From positions 64,001-128,000 of IMG/VR virus record IMGVR_UViG_3300050015_000276: 64,000 bases of DNA. One strand, given 5' to 3'. Source of the DNA: a virus. The first letter of the stretch is position 1. Each line of letters opens with the position of its first letter. Shown here one piece after another: positions 28,500 through 37,059 of the stretch. The notes beneath the pieces are model-generated. The model had not been told where the DNA came from and did not search any database. It was given only the letters and a program-made list of their open reading frames with translations. Made by a program: the position numbers and the translations under genes.

Positions 28500-29443
28500 A
28501 GGTAGTATTAATATTAATATTATTAAGTGTTAGTTTGTATGGCCAGACCGTTAACGGGGTTCCAGTTATTATAACTGGAACCACGACCGTTAACGGTCAA
28601 ACCTGTAATTTAGGGTCATCATGCACCATTACTGCCAGTCCATCAGGTATTGTATCTGAAGCCTTAGGTGGAACTGGAACAAATAATACACCAGGGGCCG
28701 CCGGCCATATACTTCGTAGTAATGGCAGCCATTATATTGATTCGGCAATCCAGTCGGCCGATGTTCCTCCTATAATTGCTTATACTGTAACTACGGATTC
28801 TTCTACGGCCCGTACATTATCTGCAAATGATAATGCGACAATCATTTTATTTACATCTTCATCAACAATAACTGTAACTGTACCTGCAGGATTGGGTGCA
28901 GGATATAATGTTATTATAGAACAAGGTGGAACCGGAGTAATAAATTTTACAGGTTCGGGTACCACATTACATCAACTCATTGGATTTCCTAGTACTAATG
29001 GTCAATGGGCTAAAGTTCTCCTAACTTCTGATTCAGATACATCATGGGGATTAAGTGGTAATTTATTAGGAACCGTTACTCGTACCATAGGATGCGCTGT
29101 TGGAGATCCGGCTGGTTCAGCACTTGCTACGGGAATATTATGTTATGTTCCTGTACCGACAAGTTGCACGATTTCTTCCTGGGATATAAAAGTTGATTCT
29201 GGTACAGCAACAGTTGATATTTGGCAAACAGGATCAAGTACAACTTTGCCCACAATATCAAATACAATTACGGCTTCAGCTATACCAGCAATTGCAAGTA
29301 ATACAATGATAAATAGTACAACAACAACCGGTTGGGCAACTTCAAATGGTGGCCTTATATTATTAGCCAAAGATACTTTAGCTTTTAATTTGAAAACTAC
29401 CTCTGGACCGAAATACGTATACGCCGGTATACGTTGTGAATAA
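28478..29443 (+). CDS. Signal-peptide-bearing fibre-like protein; AT-rich paralog of the C-terminal half of 29464-31995
   Basis: GTG start with SD GGAG; VVLILILLSVSLYG|Q; shared AYTVTTD..TARTLS and IGC.VGDP.GSALATG.LCYV domains. Confidence 0.8.
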   Translation: MPGYNSIKVVLILILLSVSLYGQTVNGVPVIITGTTTVNGQTCNLGSSCTITASPSGIVSEALGGTGTNNTPGAAGHILRSNGSHYIDSAIQSADVPPIIAYTVTTDSSTARTLSANDNATIILFTSSSTITVTVPAGLGAGYNVIIEQGGTGVINFTGSGTTLHQLIGFPSTNGQWAKVLLTSDSDTSWGLSGNLLGTVTRTIGCAVGDPAGSALATGILCYVPVPTSCTISSWDIKVDSGTATVDIWQTGSSTTLPTISNTITASAIPAIASNTMINSTTTTGWATSNGGLILLAKDTLAFNLKTTSGPKYVYAGIRCE

Positions 29444-29463
29444 ATATGATTAGGAGATAATAA

Positions 29464-31995
29464 ATGAAATCGTTTCTATTAATATTTTGTGCCTTTTCTT
29501 TATGGGGACAAATTGTTGATCTACCGAACAATATACCCGTTAAGAATATACCTGCGGCAGTCAATCATAATATAACTGCTTTAAGAAATGCCGTTCCACA
29601 AAAATTCTTTGGAACTATAGCACCTGGTACAATTATTGGAAATCTTCCAGGAGATTGGTATTATGATACTTCGGCTCATAATGTTTATAAATGTGGCGCA
29701 CCTGCCAACACTGCCGCACCAGCATGTACTTCTGTAGATGTTGGAGGTTGGGAACAAATTGGTGCTGGAAGTGGAAATATAACTTATCCTGGTGCTGGTA
29801 TCCCACAATCTGTTGGTGGAACATCATGGGGCACGTCACTTGGTCTAGTAACTACAGTTGGTTCTCCTGGAACAGATACACATATAGCAACAGAAAAGGC
29901 AATTGCATCCGCTTTAAGTGGTAAGGCAAATGTGGGTTCTTACGCTCCTGCTACTAGTGGTTCGTCAATATTAAAAGGTAACGGTTCTGGAGGAACAGCA
30001 TCAGCAACTTATTCGGATATTGTTGGTTTATTCGCATCTGGATCTTGCAGCGGCTACCTAAAAAATGATGGAACATGCGGTTCTGGAGGAAGTGGGATGA
30101 CTTGGCCTACTGGATCTGGTATTGCGGTCTATAATGGAAGTGCATGGGGAACTTCACTTACAGCGCCGTCTAGTGCTTTAGTAGGCACTACCGACACACA
30201 AACACTTAGCAACAAAACAATAGATGGCGTGTCACCCACAACTTTAGCCTATGTAGACGCAACTTCAAGCGTCCAGACACAACTTAATAGCAAACAGGCA
30301 ACCATTAGCGGGGCCCCCAGCACGTGGCCCTCGCTAGGCACGGCCGCATCGCACGCAGTGGCCGATTTCGAGGCCGCACTTGGCAACCCCAGCGTAACGG
30401 GGTACATTCTGTCCTCCACCACGGGCGGGTCGCGCTCCTGGATTGCACCTGCTGCGGGCGGTGGAAGTATGACCTGGCCGGCGGCTGCCGGCGTCGCGGT
30501 GTATGGCGGCAGCAGCGCCTGGGGCTCATCGCTCCCAGTGGGCACGGGAGCCAATAATCTGGTGCAGCTTGATACGAGCGCGCACCTGCCAGCGGTCGAT
30601 GGATCGGCGCTTACGGGAGTAGTGGCGTCGGGTGTAGCTGGCCCTTCCGGTACCGCAGTCCTCGTAGAGGGCGCGGAGGGAGCGAAGCCCACAGCACCGG
30701 CCAGCGGCAGCGGGAATATCTGGTTCGATTCGACTAATCACCTCCCGCAGTACCAGGGAAGCGCGGGAACAATAATCGGCACGATGGTGGTTCCGGCAGC
30801 CGCGCGAACGGTGCATCAGTTCGCTACGCACATTCCGTCTACGGGGAGTGCGGGGACGGCGGCCATCGACAATTCCGATTTGCCAACCGCGGCGCTCAGT
30901 GGCGTGCTGATATACACCGCTGGCGTCCCGGCCGCTATCGGAACCTCGGCTACCAACTGCGTGCATGAGGATGGGAGCAGCGGCGGATGTGTGGCGTCGG
31001 TACCGGTGGCCTATACGGTTACGACGGACACCACCACGGCGCGCACGCTATCGAGCGGTGACAACGCCAGCGTGATCTCGTTCACGTCATCGTCACCCAT
31101 CACGCTGACCGTTCCCAGCGGACTCGGCGCGGGGTTCAACGCCATCGTGGAGCAGGCGGGCGCTGGCGTGGTGAGTCTGACGGGATCTGGCGCCACGCTA
31201 CACCAGCTTGCGGGAAGCGCCGCCACGGCGGGGCAGTGGGCCAAGGTGGGGATATATGCCACTACTGATACGAGTTGGCAACTGACCGGCGAGCTGGCGG
31301 GGACTTCCGGATTCGCCAATCCCATGACCGGAGTCGGTGATATGATTCGCGGCGGCGCATCGGGAGCGCCCACCGCGCTAGCCGCCGACACCAGCAATAC
31401 TCGCAAGTTCCTGCGGGAGCAATCGACCGGAGGAAGCCCCAACGCCCCGGCGTGGGACACGCTGCAATCTGGAGACATCCCGAATAATGCCGCCAATACG
31501 AGCGGTACAGCGGCCGACCTGTCCGCGACGCTCTCTATCGCCCACGGCGGTACGGCGCAGACCTCCGTGCCGGGTAGCAGTGGCAATTACGTCTACAACA
31601 ACGGGGGAGCGTACGGGGCGAAGGCGCTTACGCAGACCCACGCCATCGGGTGCGGCGTTGGAGATCCGCCGGGATCGGCGCTCGCTACCGGCGTGCTCTG
31701 TTATGTGGTGGCTGCCGCGGCCTGCACAATCCAATCCTGGGACATCCTGGTAGATGCGGGGACGGCGACGGTGGACGTCTGGAAAGTGGCCAGCGGCACG
31801 GCCGTACCCACGGTGAGTAATAGCATCGTGTCATCGGCGGCTCCAGCCATCAGCACGGGGACTTCGCTGCATTCGACCACGCTGACCGGCTGGACGACTG
31901 CCGTGGAGCAGTATGACCGGATCGGGTTCAACCTGACGACAACCTCGGGTCCTAAATATATTTACGTGGGGGTAAACTGCGATGAGAGTAAGTAA
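29464..31995 (+). CDS. Large signal-peptide-bearing Gly/Ser/Thr/Ala-rich fibre-like protein (843 aa), GC-chimeric
   Basis: MKSFLLIFCAFSLWG|Q; repeated MTWP..GIAVY.G..WG.SL motif; GC jumps near 30290. Confidence 0.85.
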   Translation: MKSFLLIFCAFSLWGQIVDLPNNIPVKNIPAAVNHNITALRNAVPQKFFGTIAPGTIIGNLPGDWYYDTSAHNVYKCGAPANTAAPACTSVDVGGWEQIGAGSGNITYPGAGIPQSVGGTSWGTSLGLVTTVGSPGTDTHIATEKAIASALSGKANVGSYAPATSGSSILKGNGSGGTASATYSDIVGLFASGSCSGYLKNDGTCGSGGSGMTWPTGSGIAVYNGSAWGTSLTAPSSALVGTTDTQTLSNKTIDGVSPTTLAYVDATSSVQTQLNSKQATISGAPSTWPSLGTAASHAVADFEAALGNPSVTGYILSSTTGGSRSWIAPAAGGGSMTWPAAAGVAVYGGSSAWGSSLPVGTGANNLVQLDTSAHLPAVDGSALTGVVASGVAGPSGTAVLVEGAEGAKPTAPASGSGNIWFDSTNHLPQYQGSAGTIIGTMVVPAAARTVHQFATHIPSTGSAGTAAIDNSDLPTAALSGVLIYTAGVPAAIGTSATNCVHEDGSSGGCVASVPVAYTVTTDTTTARTLSSGDNASVISFTSSSPITLTVPSGLGAGFNAIVEQAGAGVVSLTGSGATLHQLAGSAATAGQWAKVGIYATTDTSWQLTGELAGTSGFANPMTGVGDMIRGGASGAPTALAADTSNTRKFLREQSTGGSPNAPAWDTLQSGDIPNNAANTSGTAADLSATLSIAHGGTAQTSVPGSSGNYVYNNGGAYGAKALTQTHAIGCGVGDPPGSALATGVLCYVVAAAACTIQSWDILVDAGTATVDVWKVASGTAVPTVSNSIVSSAAPAISTGTSLHSTTLTGWTTAVEQYDRIGFNLTTTSGPKYIYVGVNCDESK

Positions 31996-32743
31996 ACCGA
32001 TTTCCTTGGCGGCATTGGTGCTGTGCTGTATGTGCTCAGTGTCTCAGGGCGCGATACGCTTTGTGGCGAGTGCTGTCGCACTTCGCTGTTCGCCAGCATT
32101 CTGCACTGCGACCACATCCGGCATCGACACGACCGGCGCGACTTTGCTCGTGGTCGCAGTGCAGCAGTACGCTATGTCTACCACTGGCGGTTATGCGGTT
32201 GTGGTTTCCGATTCCGTCGGCGGGTCCAGTAATACATGGACGGTCCTGACCAACTATGCGTCCAACGGCTCGGAGAACACCACGCTGTTCTACGCGGTTC
32301 CCACGCACACAGGCAGCGGTCACACCTTTAGCGTGTACGGATATTACGCATCGCTTGTCGTGGGGTCGTGGTCTGGAACGCTCGCGGCGTCGCCGCTAGA
32401 CGGCCAGGTTGGCTCGGGTAGTACGGGTGCTGTTGTGTCGTTTCAACCCGGCGCGCTGCTCCCCAGCGAAGACGGAGGCCTAGTTGTTGTGGCGGCCGTG
32501 GCCAATGCGGGGACGGACACTGCGATTGCGGTGGATGGGCCGTTCGCTGACAATCTGTTCGCGGAGGATGAGTCAGGGCAAACGCTAGCCATGTCATACG
32601 AGATTCAGACTACGGCCACATCCCGCAATCCAACTTGGTCCGGCCCAGGTAATTATGTTTATGCAGCAATCTCAGCAGTGTTTAAGCCAGCGGCGGGGGG
32701 CGGCGGGCCTGCGCCGCGCCGGAGGGTGGTGATCGTACAATGA
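31982..32743 (+). CDS. Secreted beta-rich protein (253 aa)
   Basis: MRVSKPISLAALVLCCMCSVSQG|A; IDTTGATLLVVAV..., ends GGGGPAPRRRVVIVQ. Confidence 0.75.
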   Translation: MRVSKPISLAALVLCCMCSVSQGAIRFVASAVALRCSPAFCTATTSGIDTTGATLLVVAVQQYAMSTTGGYAVVVSDSVGGSSNTWTVLTNYASNGSENTTLFYAVPTHTGSGHTFSVYGYYASLVVGSWSGTLAASPLDGQVGSGSTGAVVSFQPGALLPSEDGGLVVVAAVANAGTDTAIAVDGPFADNLFAEDESGQTLAMSYEIQTTATSRNPTWSGPGNYVYAAISAVFKPAAGGGGPAPRRRVVIVQ

Positions 32744-35598
32744 GAGCAGCTTTCTTGTTGCTCGCCTGCGCGATTGTGACATGGGCGCAAACGCCGGCGC
32801 ACACGCCGCACTATCCCAATACTTCAAACGGCCTCGTGATCTATGGGGCGATGCACCAGGAATCCTCGAATCTCTGGCCCTCCGTTAACACTTGGCTGGG
32901 TGCGCACTTCGACTGGATCGTAGGCGGCCCCGATCAGTACATCGGCTGGCAAAGTACGGGAGACCCTCATGGGTCTTATCCGACTAAGACGTATTGGGCC
33001 GCTTACCAGGACATTCCTTCCCAGCGGCCTACGGAGATGTATCAGCTTCAGGAGTCGGCGGTAGCCAGCTCCTTGACGCTGGAGGATATGTTTCTGCACT
33101 CCAGCGTGGATATGGCGTACGCGAGCGGCCAGAGCTACACATCTCGAACGAGCCAGTTCGACTTCATGGAGCCCTACTACCAGAACACCGGGAATGTGTA
33201 CCAAGGAGGCGTCTTCCTCTACAACGGGAGCGTCTATACGGACGTGACCTCGGACACGTGGCTAGGAGGCGCCACGACGATCTCCAATACGCTTTGCGTT
33301 GGTTCCATGGAACCATTCGATCAGATGAACCTAGTCATGGTGACGCCGCGCGCTGGCGGAACGGTGACATACAAGTATTGGAATGGAACCGCTTGGAGCG
33401 TCTTGACGCCGAACTCGGACGGGACTTCCGGCCTCACGACAGCGGGCAAGATTTACTTCTACCCGCCCCCGGACTGGACGGCGCGTACCCTGCCCGTCAA
33501 GGAGACGACGCCAGTCGCGATCCCCGTGACCACTTCCAAGTTCTGGGTACAGATCGTGGTGTCTGGCGCCACCACCGCGCCGGTATACTCGACAATCAAA
33601 GGTGATGACTGGTCGGTTTCTTCGAGCGGAAATAACTCTCGGGGTTGGAGCGCCACCGATTCGCATCGTATCAACGTGGGGACGCGTCTGGAGTACAACC
33701 CCACTCCACCGGCGAACGCTTCCGCCAAGTTCCGCTACCAGGCCCGCATTACCGGGTACGGGCTGAACCTCGCGTATGGGAACCCGGCCAATGTGCAGCG
33801 GGGCGTATATTCCTGGGGTCGATACCTGGCCGACATGATTGATAGCCACATTTCCCCGAGCGCGGATTGGGCGCAGCGCACCGGGGCGTTGAGCAATAAC
33901 TACGATGGGGCGTTCTTCGACGACGCCGGGCAAACCCCACCGACTCCGACTACGCCAGCGAATGCCACGCAATACTACGACAACTACACCAACTCGGCCG
34001 CATGGGTTTCAGCCTGGGCGGGAGCCTACGCGCAGACTATCTCAGATCTCAAGACCAGACATGGGACGGCATTTTCGGTGAGCACTAATGGGTCGATCCC
34101 GTGGAGTCCCGATGGTGTTGCGACATTGGGCGATGCCTCCCTGGTGGAGTGGAACTATAGCGGAGCGGGTTCTCCGGCCACGTGGTCCCCCTACCCGACG
34201 TACGGCTACGGCGCAGGGACAATCTATTACGACTGGGGCCTTCCGGCGCACAACCCAAACAGCACGAAGTTTTATTTCCAGTGCATCGACAATTGGAGCC
34301 TCGGGTTCTCTTGGTCGTACCGGCTTGGCACGACGAATTGGCACTATGGAGACAGCGGAAATCGGACTCCGCTTATGTGCTTGGCGATGCACTATCTAGG
34401 GTGGAATTCGAACACGGGTTTCAGCTACGACGGCAGCGGCGCGACGTTTGCCAATTATAGCACCGTCGATCAGGTCTACACGTACCTTCCGGCAACAACG
34501 CTGACATCCCCGGTATCTCCGAACAATACGTCTTGCAACTGGGGAAGCCTCACGTGCGATGCGCGGACGGTAACGTTAGCGAGCGCCGCCGGCTGCGGAA
34601 CATACATCCGTCTCGGACCAACGACCGGCGGCGACGACGTCTACGCGCTGCCAGCCGGGGTTAAAGTGTACGTCTACGGACCTACCGACGTCACGAATGC
34701 CAGTCTCACTGGATCGGGACGAATCGCTTTGCAGAGCGGCCCTGCAAGTTGGGCGGGAAGCGCTTCGAAATTTGCGAGCCTGACCTTTGGCGGAATTACC
34801 CCCGTGGCCGGACAATCCGTGACGTGGCAGTACTGGAATGGAAGCGCGTGGGCAGCTCTTTCCATGACCTCCGACGCCACATCCGGCCTGACGACGGACG
34901 GAACGGTGTCCTGGACGGCTCCCAGCGACTGGGCCGCCACAACTATCAGCGGGACGACGGCGTATTTCGTGCAATGGACCATCACGACTTCTGGGCCGTA
35001 CTTCTACTACTCCACTCTGCGTTCCGCCGATTGGAAGACATTCAGCACTACATACCCGATCTGGAACTCTTACTCCTCCGGCGACTCGGCGTCCTGCATT
35101 CAACAGCAGCACTTATCCACCATGGCGGACCCGCCAGCGTCAAGCGTGTACAGTTGGACGCGCTGGTTCCCCGCCATGGGGGTGGATATCGGAACCCCCG
35201 ATCCAAGCGGCCTCAACGGCGGCGCGCGCATGGTCGAGGCTCCCTGGAAGAAGGGCGGCTCGCCGGATTACATTTCCGGCCAGAGCCATGGGACGTGCGA
35301 CGCGTCCGGCTGTTCGGACCTGTGGCGGCGCGATTTCACGCAAGCGCTCGTCCTGTTCCGCCCGTGGAAAAACACGCTTTCCGAGGCCGAACTAGACACG
35401 CCCTCGCAGTCCATCGCGCTCGGTGGGACCTACTACCCACTGAGCGCGGATGGAACGATTGGCGGCGGCGTGACCAGCGTGGCGCTCCGGGGCGGGGAGG
35501 GAGCCATCCTGATGAAGTCCGGGGGAGCGCCGCCGGTAGTGTCCGGCGGGGCGGGCTCGATCCGGGGGACTCGGATCACGGGCGTTGTGATCCGCTGA
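32740..35598 (+). CDS. Large secreted protein, putative glycoside-hydrolase-like barrel with two inserted YWNG.AW repeats
   Basis: MRAAFLLLACAIVTWA|Q; YDGAFFDD, DLWRRDFTQALVLFRP (GHL15-like pattern); YWNGTAWSVL...SGLTT and YWNGSAWAAL...SGLTT. Confidence 0.7.
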   Translation: MRAAFLLLACAIVTWAQTPAHTPHYPNTSNGLVIYGAMHQESSNLWPSVNTWLGAHFDWIVGGPDQYIGWQSTGDPHGSYPTKTYWAAYQDIPSQRPTEMYQLQESAVASSLTLEDMFLHSSVDMAYASGQSYTSRTSQFDFMEPYYQNTGNVYQGGVFLYNGSVYTDVTSDTWLGGATTISNTLCVGSMEPFDQMNLVMVTPRAGGTVTYKYWNGTAWSVLTPNSDGTSGLTTAGKIYFYPPPDWTARTLPVKETTPVAIPVTTSKFWVQIVVSGATTAPVYSTIKGDDWSVSSSGNNSRGWSATDSHRINVGTRLEYNPTPPANASAKFRYQARITGYGLNLAYGNPANVQRGVYSWGRYLADMIDSHISPSADWAQRTGALSNNYDGAFFDDAGQTPPTPTTPANATQYYDNYTNSAAWVSAWAGAYAQTISDLKTRHGTAFSVSTNGSIPWSPDGVATLGDASLVEWNYSGAGSPATWSPYPTYGYGAGTIYYDWGLPAHNPNSTKFYFQCIDNWSLGFSWSYRLGTTNWHYGDSGNRTPLMCLAMHYLGWNSNTGFSYDGSGATFANYSTVDQVYTYLPATTLTSPVSPNNTSCNWGSLTCDARTVTLASAAGCGTYIRLGPTTGGDDVYALPAGVKVYVYGPTDVTNASLTGSGRIALQSGPASWAGSASKFASLTFGGITPVAGQSVTWQYWNGSAWAALSMTSDATSGLTTDGTVSWTAPSDWAATTISGTTAYFVQWTITTSGPYFYYSTLRSADWKTFSTTYPIWNSYSSGDSASCIQQQHLSTMADPPASSVYSWTRWFPAMGVDIGTPDPSGLNGGARMVEAPWKKGGSPDYISGQSHGTCDASGCSDLWRRDFTQALVLFRPWKNTLSEAELDTPSQSIALGGTYYPLSADGTIGGGVTSVALRGGEGAILMKSGGAPPVVSGGAGSIRGTRITGVVIR

Positions 35599-35715
35599 CA
35601 AGCGTATGAAGGGATTTATGTTAAGCAAACTTACGATGAGTTGTCAATCCTTATAAAGAGTTAATAAATTAGTATATTAAATTCTTAACTTAAAGTTGGA
35701 CTCATAAATATATTT

Positions 35716-36294
35716 ATGAGTCCAACTTTAAGTGGTATTTATACACGTCAACAAAAAAATGTAAATCCTTTATTACCAAATAAATTTACATTTATGCTCA
35801 CCAAGTTACCAGAATTATCAATGGCAGCTACAAGCTGTAATATTCCTGGTATTACTTTGCCAAATTGGAAACAATTGAGTCAATTTAATCCCATTCCACG
35901 ATCCGGTCTTAATCTTGAATATGAAGATTTAGAAGTCCGGTTCATTGTTGATGAAGATTTCAATAATTGGAGTGAACTTAATAATTGGATGAGATTGATG
36001 GCACTCTCAAAAGATAGTACTGAATATCAACAAGTAAAATTAGAACAATTACAACCTGGTCCTGAAGGTGGATTAGTATCAGATGCCCAAGTTGTTGTTC
36101 TCACTAACCAATCAGTTGCTAATATGGTATTTTACTTTCGTGATGCTTTCCCAGTTTATCTCAGTGAAATAGCTTTAACAAATTCAACAGATGATCCTAG
36201 TGTAATCGAATGTGTTGTACGTTTTGCCTACTCATACTACGAGTTCGAAAATGTTAATCCAGAACCATTAGACCCAACAGAACAGTCCTCATAA
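35716..36294 (+). CDS. gp3: Tail completion/tube-like protein gp3
   Basis: NPLLPNKFTF, SCNIPGITL, LEYEDLEVRFIVDEDFNNWSELNNWM, FRDAFPVYLS; synteny before uvsY. Confidence 0.85.
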   Translation: MSPTLSGIYTRQQKNVNPLLPNKFTFMLTKLPELSMAATSCNIPGITLPNWKQLSQFNPIPRSGLNLEYEDLEVRFIVDEDFNNWSELNNWMRLMALSKDSTEYQQVKLEQLQPGPEGGLVSDAQVVVLTNQSVANMVFYFRDAFPVYLSEIALTNSTDDPSVIECVVRFAYSYYEFENVNPEPLDPTEQSS

Positions 36295-36302
36295 ATAGTT
36301 TT

Positions 36303-36494
36303 ATGAATGATATTTTATGGATTGTTTTTAAAGTTTCTGAAGTGGTGGAGTTTCAAGGTGTTTTTGAAAATGAGAAAGATGCTATTGACGCTTGCCGTGA
36401 TGAACGATATTGCATTGGTCCGGTAAAATTAAATGTTTCATTACCTGATAAGTGTGAAGTATGGCCTGGTTCTTATTTTCCAAAACAATTATAA
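36303..36494 (+). CDS. Hypothetical protein (63 aa)
   Basis: ORF track; TAAATA-N5-ATG. Confidence 0.65.
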   Translation: MNDILWIVFKVSEVVEFQGVFENEKDAIDACRDERYCIGPVKLNVSLPDKCEVWPGSYFPKQL

Positions 36495-36508
36495 TTATGG
36501 AGTAATAA

Positions 36509-36946
36509 ATGAATCTTAAAGAATTGCAAGATAAGATTAAAATTGATTTAAAAATACAAAGCGATGAACTAGTATATGAATCTGTGAGAACACCTGATCT
36601 ACATAATGAATATTCCAAAATATACATGTCTGAAAAAATGGCCTTTAAAAAGCTAGAACGTGAATATGACATCTTATATCTCCAACAGTGGGAATATTAC
36701 AGAAAAAAGGCACCAGAAAGTTCCTATGTTGCAAAACCTCTATTAAAGAAGATATTGGATTCTGATATTAAAATTTATCTTGCGGCAGATCCTGAAATGC
36801 AAGAACTTAGAGCCCAAATAGATTCAAAAGAAGAAATAGTTGATTTATTGAAGCGTGCCTTAGACCAAATATCCAACCGACAATGGATTATTCGTAATTC
36901 TATTGAATATCTAAAGTATCTTGGAAATGAAAAGGGCCCTGCATAA
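36509..36946 (+). CDS. uvsY: Recombination mediator UvsY
   Basis: DLKI..DEL..ES.RTP.LH..Y, WEYY..KA, DIKIYL.AD, I.NRQW.IRNSIE. Confidence 0.9.
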   Translation: MNLKELQDKIKIDLKIQSDELVYESVRTPDLHNEYSKIYMSEKMAFKKLEREYDILYLQQWEYYRKKAPESSYVAKPLLKKILDSDIKIYLAADPEMQELRAQIDSKEEIVDLLKRALDQISNRQWIIRNSIEYLKYLGNEKGPA

Positions 36947-37059
36947 ATTAAAAATAACGCATTTTTATTCAATTTTAATTAAATACACAGTAAATTACCC
37001 CGTGTTTGTATAAACAATTCACTGGTGAGTCTAGGAATGTCAAGGAAAGTACTTTTATA

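Noticed and set aside
26877-31995. Diversity-generating retroelement targeting the fibre genes
   Set aside because: No reverse transcriptase and no template/variable repeat pair differing only at adenines; the paralogs differ throughout
30249-35628. Many overlapping alternative-frame and antisense ORFs in the GC-rich cassette
   Set aside because: Expected shadow ORFs of high-GC coding DNA; no RBS or promoter support; the three long plus-strand ORFs tile the region
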